Below are positions 38,884-53,352 of a stretch of 64,000 nt of DNA, in pieces; position 1 is the stretch's first letter, and each line of letters starts with the position of its first letter. Below the pieces are notes generated by a model, which saw only the letters and a program-made list of their open reading frames with translations, did no database searches and was not told the DNA's origin. Source of the stretch: Neoconidiobolus thromboides FSU 785 (taxonomy: Eukaryota; Fungi; Entomophthoromycota); assembly GCA_025603075.1 (NCBI GenBank), contig MU626264.1, forward strand, positions 62,001-126,000, given 5' to 3'. The position numbers were made by a program, and so were the translations under genes.

Positions 38884-39584
38884 TTCAATATTGTAAATAT
38901 TGTTTATAATTTTTTATTTTAAATAAATAGTTATTGTTTTTAATATATCCATTTTATTTTTATTTTTTCCTTAAATTTTAGAACTTACAGTTATGCACAT
39001 GCTATTTTTAATTCGAGGTGACTTTTTCTAATATGAATTTAAAAGTTACAGCTTTTATAGATCCTTAACTTCAAACTAAAAACAACGAAAGATATCTGAC
39101 TCCAAGCTGTTCTAATAGCTTCAAAAATCTACTAACACCTTTTGATCAAATTTAGAAGGAATCAATAATTATCATTGTAACAATACTTCATTGATGTTTT
39201 ATCGAAATTTTAAGTCTGAATCTTTTCTACTATAATAATATCCTATTTGATTTTCGAAAAAAAGCATTGAGCACCATCTTACTTTATCAAATTTTGAAGG
39301 TTCTCTCATGTTTGTCTTTCTCTTTAAATGTAAAAGATATCAAAGTGGAAAAAATTATAGTTGATTAAATAAGTTCATATTGCTAATAAAAAATGTTTTT
39401 TAATATAAAATCTGCTAAGTTTTTTATGTATAGTTAAGTTTAAAACTTGGTCAAAATTAAAAATGAAGTTTACAGCTTTATTTTTTTATCTATTTCCTGT
39501 GTAGCGTAAAATTTGAAAAATAATAAGTAAACCGGACAAAAACACTCCAGTATAGGTTATTTCGAAATTAAGTGAAACAGTATA

Positions 39585-39654
39585 GGGAGGCGTTTTTTTT
39601 ATTTCGTTACTTTTTCCATTTTTTAAACGGTATTTGCAGAGAGATTGTTGGTAA
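39585..39654 (-). mobile_element. Truncated MITE copy abutting a second copy
   Basis: GGGAGGCGTTTTTTTTATTTCGTTACTTTTTCCATTTTTTAAACGGTATTTG...GTTGGTAAA. Confidence 0.7.
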
Positions 39655-39656
39655 AT

Positions 39657-39753
39657 GTGGGTGCTTTCTTAGTTTCATCATTTTTTCTACTTTTTAAGCG
39701 CTATTTGAGCAGAAAGATTGTTAGTAAAACTCTTAGACAAAAAATTTATCCTC
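39657..39753 (-). mobile_element. MITE copy
   Basis: GTGGGTG...TTTAAGCGCTATTTGAG...TTATCCTC. Confidence 0.8.
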
Positions 39754-40250
39754 ATTTTATGCTCAATTTGTGATTTTTTCAAAAATCAAATTGGACAAAA
39801 TTTGAACTAAGCTTTTAAACTAATTCATATAAAGTTACTGTTAATGATAAAAAATCTCAAAGGCTTAAAATATCGATAAATATTAAATGCCTTTTTTACA
39901 TGTTGATATCTTTTCAAATTGAATTAAAATGAGTGAATGATGAAGCAATATTAATGTAATATAAATGACTCAAATGTAAGTAATTAAGCAATAATAAAAT
40001 AAGCTTTCTAGAATTAACACCTTTATAAGATAATATAAATAGAGAGAGTATCAAAGATTTTGCTTATTTTTCTAGCATAAAATAAGTACTCTAAAGCTAT
40101 ATAACTTACTAGGCATCAATATTGATACTATCTTAAATTGGTAAAGTTGGCTGATTTGCCTAAACAACGCTTTGTTTGAAGATCTCAGATCAAATGGTTC
40201 ATATAGAGATACGAAATTAATGTTGCACAGTTTATTTAAATCCATCATAT

Positions 40251-40348
40251 AAGGATGTGTTTTTTGTCTAAGAACTTTATTAATAGTCTTTTCACTTAAA
40301 TATCACTCAAGAAATCGAGAAAGCAATAAGACCAAAAAAAACATCTTC
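40251..40348 (+). mobile_element. Degenerate MITE copy
   Basis: ATAT-AAGGATGTGTTTTTTG...AAAACATCTTC; the termini show G>A and C>T changes. Confidence 0.8.
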
Positions 40349-41079
40349 ATTCTCTGTTATGTTCTTTCACTGTCTCGAAATTTTACGAAGTTTCCAATTT
40401 TGATTTATTTGTGTCATTGTTATTAACAGGTATTCCACTAAATAAAGCTTCTATAAGTTATTTTGGTAATGTTTTTAACATAAAAGAGTTATGTATAAAT
40501 ATCAATGGCTTATCAAAAAACAAAAAATATAAGTGTTTAACTTTATAACATTCATAAACTAATGCTTAATGTAAATTTATTTTATGATTTTTTATGCTCA
40601 AAAGAAATTCATATTACTGAAATAACTATTTTTAAAGGTGCCTTCAGAATAATTCCAAAGTTACAAAATCTTTAAATATTAACCATCTATAATTTAAACT
40701 ATACAGATCAAGAATTTTTTTGGAAGATCATACCATAAATGATTTCCTAAGTGAACATTCGTGTACTAACATCTGAAAGATTTGACTGTTTTATATTCTC
40801 TAAGTCAATCAAAAGTCATCTTTAGAAGTTGTGAAATTACAAGTATTTTTTTATTTTATATTTTGTTTGTTTTAAATAATATCACTGGTCAGTTTTACAC
40901 AAGGAAGATATATCTTTATAATTTGAATCATAGTCATTGGAATATTTTTATAATAAATATCTTTAATTTAAATTGGTAGCAAAATTACAATCTACAACTA
41001 ATCAACAGCAACAAACCTGCTTCCTGACTCTTAGCTCTGAACTCTACAGCAATATCATTTTATATGTTTTTAATATTAT

Positions 41080-41178
41080 GGGGATGTATTTCTGTGTTTA
41101 AGAACTTTACTAACAAATTTTCTACTCAAATAACGCTTAAAAGATAGAAAAAATAATGAAGCCAAAAAAAACACCCCC
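41080..41178 (+). mobile_element. MITE copy with TTAT TSD
   Basis: TTAT-GGGGATG...ACACCCCC-TTAT, 99 bp. Confidence 0.92.
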
Positions 41179-41992
41179 TTATTTTGCCTGAATAAATAAA
41201 ATTTTTGCGATATTAGTTTTAAATATACAAACATTGTATTTTTTGATTTAATCAACAAGTGGTAATAATACGACTCAAAATTAGAATTTTATAAGAAAAT
41301 AGATGATAATCTTTATTAAAAACCAAGAATAATCTATAGTTTTAAATTTGTATTTTATCTAGTTAATGGATTCCTCTCACAATGTCTTTCAAATCAAAAT
41401 ACGCATTTATATCTTATGAGCCAAACTTGTACTTCAAAATAAGCAATAAGTTATAACAAGGGGGACGATTAAATATCATAGTTTAATTAAAATAAATTAG
41501 TAATAATAGTTTACTAAATAAACATTATAAATTATAAAAAGCTATACTTCCACAGTAAATCCTTTCAAGTGAATTCAATATTATCGCATCAAATTTATAA
41601 CTGTAATCGCTTTTATATCTTATGAATTAAGCTCATAAGCCATAATAAACACATAAACCATAGAAAAAATAAAAAATAGAATTCAATTAAAGTAAATTTT
41701 TACTGTCAATTTACTATAAATGGCATCAAAATTAAAATTTCAAGCTAATATTTGAATAATTTAGAAATGATAGGTCTTTATTTAATATTTAAGAATAAGA
41801 GGATAAATTTGTAAAATCTAGAATTTTGCCCGAATCCCATAATATAAGTTGAAATTTAACCTCAGTTTCCGGGTTTTATTTTTTTAATTTATATAGTTTA
41901 TAAATAATAGAAATAGATAGAATAAACAAAAAAACAGCTTGTTTCATATAACTTATATAACATATACATAACAATAAAATAAACGAAACAAA

Positions 41993-44001
<2,009 letters not shown>

Positions 44002-44156
44002 TTATAAATATGATAGTTGTTATTATAAATTAAAGGGAGAATAGAAATGATTTATTTACTTTTAAACATTTTGATTTAATTTATTATTGATTATTGTAAA
44101 TATATTGAAAAATAAAGTATTAAATAATATGAAAAAATGAGTGAACAATTTTATTT

Positions 44157-44781
44157 TTACTAAAAAATATCAAAAATAATTAATAACTTATTAGTTTAAA
44201 ATAATAACATAAAAACTTACAAAGTTAGCTTCAATAAGCTGATCCCCTAACTCTTCAATAGTAGCTGATGCGAATCCAGGTTTCACACCATCGTCGTAAA
44301 AACCAATTAAATAACAACGGTTTGTTTTAACTATTGTTATACCACCAGAGTTGTCCTGAAAATGATATTTTAGTTAAACTTACTGTTGTTCTTATCAGGC
44401 AAGTACTTGTTATTGTTTAAAATAAAACATTGAATAAAATAACTTACCACTGCTTTTCCATAAACACTTCTATTATCAGCTTTAATTGTACGATATTTTT
44501 TTTCTCTAATAGTAAATCCATGGGTAAAAATTACTTCTGGTTTTTCATATGCTTGTTCTAATACATTGAAATCTTCTTTTGATAACTAAAAAGGAGTCAA
44601 AATTTTTTGCATTAGTTTGTTTTTATTCAAATGCGAGAGGGAGAAAGGATTTATAATTTAAACTTACATGTAATTTCTCTTCGGAGGTAGCCCAAACATT
44701 ATTTTGATGATCGATTATTAATGCTTTATTAAAATTATTACTACCAATTAAATTGGTATCTACAAAAGCTTGCCAAGACAT
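44157..44781 (-). CDS. PFY1: Profilin, 4 exons (last exon contributes only the stop codon)
   Basis: MSWQAFVDTNLIGS..., GFTIREKKYRTIKADNRSVYGK, GGITIVKTNRCYLIGFYD...IEELGDQLIEANF; absent from the ORF track. Confidence 0.9.
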
Positions 44782-45322
44782 TATTAGTTAAAATGAAACA
44801 AAATAGAAACAAAAAGGCGAATGCAAAGAAGAATAAAAGAGTTGAGTTTACCGCTTCTTTTAATTTAGTTGTTCATTTTATTTGGAATTACGTAGTTGAT
44901 TGATTTTTGAAAATTTAAAATAAAATTTGAAGCAATGAGTGCTAATTTAATAATAATAAAGAGCCTATTAAAACTTAAGGATGGATTAAGTGTAGATGTT
45001 ATTGATATTTAGTATTTAAAGTAAATTTAAGTTTTGAGAAATTTAGAAATTTGAGAAATGGGAATATTATAATAAATTGAAATATTGAATAATTCACTCT
45101 TTTTTTCATTTATTTGAAAATCATAGTAAAACATAATTTAAGGAACGAAAAGTAAAGCTGGAACACACTCTTAAAAAGTTAAAAGTTAATAATACACTTT
45201 TTTTTATTTTTTAAAAAACTAATAAAATAATAATCTACTTCAAAAAGCTCAAAATCTCCTTGGTCCACTTTATCAAAGCAAAACTCCTAAAAAAACTATC
45301 TCAACTAAACTCATTCGAATAT

Positions 45323-47311
45323 TTATTCTGCCCCCTTTAAAGCTGTGTTACTTTCCCTAAAATTCTGTTTGATAACTTGATTATATAAACTGTCTTTCTT
45401 TTTTCCTTTCTCTTTATTTTTAGTTTGAATATTCTCTTGTCCATTCTGCTCATCGTCCTCCATTTTACTATTGCTGTTAACACTAACATTACTACTATTA
45501 AAACTTTGTACGGAATCCATAGTAACGATACTATCATTTCGATGTAACTCATAAATTTCGTTCATACTTTCTTTTTCATTATCATTCTTATTACTATTAC
45601 TCTCTTCATTATTGTTATTCCCATTTAATTCATTATAATATGAATAATCCACATTTTTACTTAGTGGAGTAGGATTATATTCACTCATAGGTAAAGGTGA
45701 TATCAGAGGCGTAATGTCTCTCAAGTTACCATTATTATCATAATAATAATCATTAGAATGATCCGACATTAATGGAGAAGATGATTTAAATTCATATTCT
45801 TTATAATTATGATTACTATTATTGTTTTGTTTTGAGATTTTTTCAACTTCTGTTTTAGTTGATCTATTAATTGTTTCGTGGTTCTGGATGTTGGTAGTTT
45901 CCTCTTCACTATTTAATAAATTAACAATATCCATACTGTTACTTTGACTATTTGTTGAAATACTGTTAATATTTATTGTGGGTGTTAAAGGTGGGGCTAT
46001 ATTGTTATTATTGTTATCATTCTCATTAGTATCATCTGTATTATTATTATTATTATTATTATTAAATGAATTTGGAATAAACGAATGGTAAGCGATTGTA
46101 TTTGACAAATGATGTAAAGATTGCTGTTCAAATATAGGTGTAGTTGGTAATACAGTAAATAATTCTTCTTTATTTTTATCCACTCTATCATAGATTGAAA
46201 ATGGTTCGGGTTCTTCGGTAATTATCTATTTAATAAAATAAGTAAATAAGTAAAAATTATTAGCATTAGTATCATTATATTACATTATTATAATAGAGTT
46301 GAAAACTTACTTTTTTTAAATAATCATCTTGAATACATTTTGAAATAATACGATCAAATAGCTCAATTTCGACTTTGACGAAGGAATTTAAACATTGCTT
46401 TATAAATAACCCATTTTCTCTTTGCCATTCATATTTTTTAATATAATGTTCTTGATTTACTCGTTCCATCTCATCTACTTGATTAGTTAGCTCAGTTAAG
46501 ATATTACGAAATTGAGTCAAATCTGAATGAAAATGAAAATAAAATTTAGTATATTGTTTTTATAATTACTAAATAATAATCTTGCCCCTTGTTCCTCTTT
46601 TAGCTGTTTCTAAACTCCTTGCTTCAGTTACTTTAATTTTATGACTTATATAAGCTAATGTTTTTTGTCGTTCATTTTCTTCAGTCTATTATAAATCAAA
46701 CAATTATCAGCTCTCATGTTCTTTAATAAATAAATAAATAATCCAACTTACCTTTAGTTTTTCTTCAAAACTTAGCAAACTTTTTTCTAAAGGCAATATT
46801 ACTGATTGATTTAGTGCTTGAGACTAAAAAAAATAAAGACTGTTAATTATGATATAAAAAGGAGCTAATTTGTTATTTATAGCCTACCAACAATTCAATA
46901 TGAGTAGCCATAACAAAATGAAGACCTGAAATGGATTGTAAACCATCAGCTGAAAAAACAATTTATTAGCATCAAAATCCTTCAAAACTTTAATACTCAA
47001 AAAACTAACTTACCTTCTTCATCCACTCCTTTAAGTCGTGCTAAATTTTCTATTTGACTAGCAAAATCACTTGAAGCTTTTGAAAAATTTTGAATTTTAT
47101 GTTCAAATTCCATGGTACAAGCTAATAAATTTTTAAATGTATCCATGGAGGTTCTCAATTCTTTCTGAGAAATATAGATCGAATTTGAGTTGCTTAATAA
47201 TGAATTATTATATTGAGTGTCATAATTGGAATCAATGGTGCTTGATCTAGAACGTATAGTAGGCGGCTTGATGCCAGTGTCCATGGTAGTGTTGTTGACG
47301 ATATTGGACAT
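45323..47311 (-). CDS. IMD/I-BAR-like protein resembling yeast Ivy1, with Asn-rich C-terminus, multi-exon
   Basis: ISQKELRTSMDTFKNLL...SKASSDFASQIENLARLKG, DGLQSISGLHFVMATHIELL, DLTQFRNILTELTNQVDEME, LFTVLP; coiled helices followed by a low-complexity tail. Confidence 0.5.
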
Positions 47312-47803
47312 GAATTGAAGTGTTCTTTTTTTTTAATGCAAATTAACAAGTTAAAGAATAGTTAATGCAATTTTTAGTTTCTAAAATTAAAATTCCATTT
47401 AGTCACCAACTGTAATTCTTAACATTTTGCCAAACTTCATTTAAAGCTCCCCTTAAATTTAGAATTTTAGAAATTAATATTTGCTAAATTTGGTAATCCT
47501 GTTAAACTATTTTACGAAATATATCCTTTGACCATCGTTAAATTTTAATATAAAACATAAACTTATGCTAAATAGTAATGATATGATATAGTATTTATAC
47601 TTCTATAAACGTTCCATTTATTATTCTACCAATATTTTATCATGTTTTTTTACTTTAGTACCATATTATACTATCGTCTATTTTATTACACAAAATAAAC
47701 AAAACCCCGCTTCTTATTATACGAAAAATTTAAATAAATAGCTCAAACTTAGTCTATGGACATTAGTTTTTATTTTACAAAACCCAGTAATTCCCTCTAT
47801 CCT

Positions 47804-49097
47804 TTACTCCATGCACTCTAACCCATAGTGTTCTTCTAGATGATCTAAAATCGCTGGTATCGATGATAAGACATTAAAACTTTTTTTTTCTATAATAAAA
47901 TTAAGTTAACATTATTAAACTCCTTATCACTTAAATTTCGTGTCCAGCAAATTAAAGACTTACCTGCTTTTGACATTGTACTTTCCAGCATATACATTAA
48001 ATGATGATGAAATATAAATGTATTTGTGCCTTGTTCTAATGCTTTATGAACATATTTCTATCAATAGCATATATATTAATAAAAGCACTGTTTTCTATTC
48101 ATAATATTTAAAACTTACCTCCACGCATTCCATTGGGGTATAAGGTGCATTTGTAAATAAAGCTGGATTATTTAATATCCCTCTTGCGGACATGACCCCT
48201 AAAAAGTTAAGCTTATCAATAACTGTCCTCTAATTTTCCCCCTCGACCCATGTCCAACTTACCATCCACTTTAGTATTTTCCACCATCTTATCCGCATCT
48301 GCTAAACTAAATATATTTCCATTACCAAATACTGGTACCGTAGCATGCTCTTTTACCATTTTAATAGCTTCATAATTAACTTCTTCAGAAGAACTTTGTT
48401 TCACTGTTCTACCATGAACTGTTATCCAAGCAACGCCAACGCTTTCTGCTCTTTTGACCATTTCAATTGTTTTACTAATAAAAATAACATTAAATAAAGA
48501 ATAAAAATTAGTACCCTTAATATCCACCATTAAATCCCTTAATAAACTCTTAAAACTCACCTTAACTCCTTGTGAACTCGAATTTTAATGGAACATTGCA
48601 TACCACTCCTATTCTTTACCTCTCTAACAATCTCCCTCACAATTTCCGGCTGACTCATTAAATACCCACCAATCCCTTCATTGATGGCCCATTTTTGTGG
48701 ACAACCACAATTAATATCAATTACATCACAATAATTTGCTAAAAATTCTGATGCATCCCCAGCTTCTTTACTGTTTTTTGCAGCTAATTGAACCGCTAAG
48801 GGGGATTCATTACTGGTGGTAGTAAAATCACTATCACGTGCAAGTGATGAAGAGGAAAATACATCAGAAAGTATCATAGGAGTGTAAACAAGATCTAGGT
48901 TATAACTAGCAAAATAGTGGATCACTTATGGTTAAGAGAAGAAGGATACTATATTGGACTTACTCTTGTAATAACTGTCGAAAAGGTAACTTGGAATATC
49001 TTACCATCGGAGCCGCTATTTTTAGATATGAGTGGAATGGGTCCCTTTTCCCCCGAGCAAGGATTTCTTCTATTGTATAATGTTTTCTTTGGGTCAT
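47804..49097 (-). CDS. DUS4: tRNA-dihydrouridine synthase (Dus4 subfamily), multi-exon
   Basis: IAAPMVRYSKLPFRQLL, DLVYTPMI, PLAVQLAA, DINCGCPQKWA, SIKIR, ITVHGRT, VFGNGNIFS, GVMSARG. Confidence 0.9.
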
Positions 49098-49302
49098 TTG
49101 TTAGAAATATTAGTTAATGGGTGAAAGTTGAGAGGTTGAATATATTAAGTAAATTAATTTAAAAAGAAATGAATTATTATTGGTTTAAAGTTAAATGTAT
49201 TAAACTTTGCTTAGATTTTAGGCACAGTTTTGAACTTTGAAGGTTTATTTTTATTTTAAGTTTATTTTTATTTTCAAATTCAATTCATCCAATCTTAAAA
49301 TC
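49098..49302. promoter_or_regulatory. Putative bidirectional promoter between DUS4 and TFB5
   Basis: 205 bp separate the divergent ATGs at 49097 (-) and 49303 (+); inferred from geometry only. Confidence 0.5.
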
Positions 49303-49602
49303 ATGGGAATTCAAGTACTTGGTGGAGTCATAATAACATGGTAAGCCCAGCCTATCTATTAACCCCAAAGCTCTTATTAATCCCTTGTATTTCCCTTCAG
49401 TGATGCTGCAGTAAAAGAAATCATCTTAAGTTTAGATCGAGGTGGTGACATCATCCTTGAAGATTTAGATTCCGAAACCCTCTTTGTTAATGAATCCAAA
49501 TTAAAATATATTCATTATGAAGTACAAACTATATTAGATCAAAATGCCTTTAAATTAGATATTGATGGTGGAGTAAATAATAATAATAATAATAATCATT
49601 GA
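49303..49602 (+). CDS. TFB5: TFIIH subunit Tfb5/p8 (79 aa); exons 49303-49340 and 49401-49602
   Basis: Spliced product MGIQVLGGVIITCDAAVKEIILSLDRGGDIILEDLDSETLFVNESKLKYIHYEVQTILDQNAF matches the Tfb5 pattern (G.LI.CD..IK.II...D....IIEDLD...LFV). Confidence 0.85.
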
Positions 49603-49608
49603 AATGGA

Positions 49609-49644
49609 ATTTAAATCTAAATTTAAATCTAAATTTAAATCTAA
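49609..49644. repeat. Tandem repeat (ATTTAAATCTAA)x3
   Basis: Three perfect 12-mers between the convergent stop codons of TFB5 and SCAP. Confidence 0.9.
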
Positions 49645-49669
49645 CTTTAAATTATAGTTGGTGTATTTT

Positions 49670-52600
49670 TTATTTTTTTTCTATTAAATAAATATAATTT
49701 CCTATAACTATAAAGGTAGTTATAGGAGTTGTTATAAGGGGTAATAAAATATCATTATACATTAATGGAGGATACGTTTTATATTTAGTATCTATTAAAA
49801 TTATCATTATATAAATATTATAAATGTATATTATTAGCTTACTTATTAAATTAATATTTGATTCTATATCATCTTTGCTATTGTTATTTAACGTATAAAT
49901 AATATTGTGATTCAATTTCATATCTAACTGAATTAACTCCCATTGATTATTTTCCTCATTAAAATTACAATAAATTAATTCCTTTTGTTGATTAAAATAA
50001 GTAAATTTACAACCATTGTTATTTATATTTATTTTTTGAAGATTATTTTTACTATTATTATTGCTATATTCATTTTCTTTCTCTATGTCATCGTTGTAAA
50101 TTAGATTATTATTATTTTTATTATTTCTATTAATAATCCATAATTCCGCCTTAACAACTGTACTCTTATAAATTAAAATTAATTGATTTTTAATTGATAT
50201 ATTTAATTGTACAATTTTATCTTCTAAATTAAAATTAATTAATTGGATTACTTTTAAGTTACTTTTCTTTTTATCATAATAATAAGTAAACATTTGATTG
50301 AATTTATTAATTATTGTTATTATTAATTCATTCTTATTGATTTCTTTAATTTTCATTAATTTAATTGCTTCTGTATTAATTAATTTATTATTCTCGATAT
50401 TGTCATAATTCAACTTAATAACCTTAAACTCTTTATCTTCTAATTCAATAGTCAATATACTACCATCCATACAAGCCAAATAAATATTGTTATTAACTAG
50501 TTGGAACATAGTTATTTGATAATGTAAACTTAATTTCCAGATAATGTCTTCGTTACTTAAATCAAATATAATAAATTCCATAGCTTCATTTAAAATCACT
50601 AATAAATCTTCGAAACATTGGACTTTCTTGACTTTATAACTCATGAATTGAAATTTTAATTGAAATTTTCTATATTCCTTTTCTTTTTTTTGTATATATA
50701 ATGTATTATTGTTATCAATTAAAATTATCTCTTGTTGTTCATTTAACAATATATGAATAATATCTTTAACTTGAATATTAATTAATAATTCATTATTCAA
50801 ATAATCCCATAACATTACTTCGCTTTGATATGTATAAATTAGTATCCTCTCCATATTTTCACTTACGTAAAGTAATTTGATATCCGAATAACTAAATTGA
50901 AATACTGATTTTATTTTCATTTTTTTCTGTTGATTTAATTCCATTGATTCATTGCTGTTATTGTTGTTATACATTTCATTAGGTATTTTTCCTTGTTGAT
51001 TTAAATAATTAAAATAATAATAAAAACAAATAACTGCTAATATTACAATAGTTACTTTAAACCAATGTAATGTTTTTATATTATTTAATTGATATTTAAT
51101 TGTTTCTTTAATTTTATTTATTATTTCATTTTCTTTATTGTTATTAGTACTTTCGCTATCCTCATTATTCTTTATGTTAATATACATATCTCCCAAATAC
51201 TTTAATTGAATTAAATAACTTGGTAAAAATTCAATATAAATATCTTTTTTATTGGGATTAATTAATTTCCAAATAGTTTCATTTAATTCTTCATTATTAA
51301 AATTCAATTGGGCCTTTTCTTTTAATACTGTTGGATAACTTTGTAAATTATTAAATAATAAATAAATGATTCCCATTGTCAAAAATATCTATATTAATAA
51401 AAATATATTTATTATTATTATTATTGTTATATTATTACTTTATAATATAAATACTTACCATAACAACTTTAAAAAATGGATATTCTTTTAGTTTATTAAA
51501 TTTGAACATCATTTTTTCCCAAATAGTAACTAACATTAAATTTTCATCATTTTGAATATTATTGATATTTGAGTTAATAATTTGATTATCATTTAAATCC
51601 GACAATTCTAATCTTCTAATATCAATTGAAAGTACTGAAATAAAAAAAGTCATTTGTAATAAATAATCAATAATTAATGCTAAACTAGCAAATATACCAA
51701 ATTCACTTAATGCTTCATTACTGCTTAAAGCAGAACAAATTAAGATCGTTAATTCTACTCCTAAATGTAATGTTACATTGTACCCACAATCCTTTAGTCC
51801 AATTCCTATTCTTTCTCTTACGGGTAGATCAATACTTGTTGAGACTACTGAATTTGTTATCTTTAATAGATTTTCAGCACCAATAGCAATAATTAAAAAT
51901 GGTAATATTTCATAAGGTAACAGATTAAGTTTGATATTTAATAAATAACAAGTACCTAAAATAAATCTTAGATACTAAATACAAATACTATTATGTATTA
52001 AATTACCAAAACTCATTAATAATGAAACATTTAATAAAAACAAAGCTGCAAACCCCAGCCAAAATTTCGATTTTACAAGTTTAAATTTGCTTATTGAAAA
52101 AAATAAATACAACACCACTACAATATATCCTAACGCCATAAACATAGTTTCTGCTGAGATTAACATTTTATTATTTATAAACTAAACATAATAATAAGTT
52201 TTAACTACTAATAAATAAATAAATTGCTTACTTGAAAATAATGAATTTTATTTTCTTCGTTAGAATTCTCTATACTTATCAAACTACTGTCCTTTACCTC
52301 TATTTTTTCTATTTCCATTTTTAGCTTTTCCCATATCAGTTTCCATACCTTTACACTGTTTTCTCTATTATTAAGGAACAGCGTAAATACCAAATTTTCC
52401 ATACCAATTACTTCTTCCCCTTGGTATTTAACATTATTGAATATAGCCCATAATGGTAATCTTAAATCCTCTTGTTTTTCTCTATTTTCTACTAATGATA
52501 TTTGCATTTCTTTTTGATATTTTTTCCATAAAGTATGATTTTGGACAAAATAATGGATTGGATTAAACATGAAACACCCCCCATATCCCTCTGGTTTAAA

Positions 52601-52981
52601 ACAAATATCTTCAAAGTGATATTCTTTTTCTCCATCCTCTTCTTTCACTTTGACTGCCACAGCCTCCAATTTTTCGTTGACTTTCATAAAATATTCCAAA
52701 CTTGGACCATTCATCATCTCTTTAACATCATTCTCAAATCGAATTTCCACTAATTGATACTTTAATTGATACTCCTCGTTAATAACAATCTCATTATAAC
52801 TCATTAAATTATTTTCAAAAAATTGATAATTAGGCTTAGTACCAAAATAAAATGAATAGATGGCGAAGAAGGTTAATATATTAATCCATGTAAAAGCTAA
52901 ACTTAAGATACGTAACGGATGATTAGAGCATACTTTACCATGATGGTAGAATAAAGAGGATATTGTGTTACGTAGACTCAT
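49670..52981 (-). CDS. SCAP: SREBP cleavage-activating protein (sterol-sensing domain plus degenerate WD40-like C-terminus), multi-exon
   Basis: N-terminal FYHHGKVCSNHP. SSD motifs KLVKSKFWLGFAA, YEILPFLIIAIGAEN, DLPVRERIGIGL, DYLLQMTFFISVLSIDIRRLELSDL. Confidence 0.85.
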
Positions 52982-53352
52982 TTTAAATGTTGAATTGAGA
53001 TTGACAGCATTCGAATTTGAAGTCTGATGGCATGGATTGACGTTTTTATATGCTTTTTTATCTGTTAAGTTTACGCTAGAGGTTGTTAGTGACCTACTTT
53101 ATTGGCTAGAAACAAAGTAAGCTCGAATTAAGCCAATAAAATTCGTTTATTTTTTATCTTACCACTTATTTACAATACTTATGAGTCAATAATAGAGCAT
53201 AAATTTAGAGATAAAAAACAATCAAAAATATAATAAAAATAATCCAAATTTTAATATAAAAAATGAAGTTTAATAGAGATGAGACGAGCTAATGGGAGAG
53301 CAGAGTATATATCCGAAAAAAATAAAAAAAATAAATAATTTCCATAATTTAT

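Noticed and set aside
44356-44447. Second GTAAGT inside profilin intron 2 as a microexon or stwintron
   Set aside because: The residual intron would be only 28 nt and the alternative splices break the frame; simple splicing gives in-frame GKAV-DNSGG.
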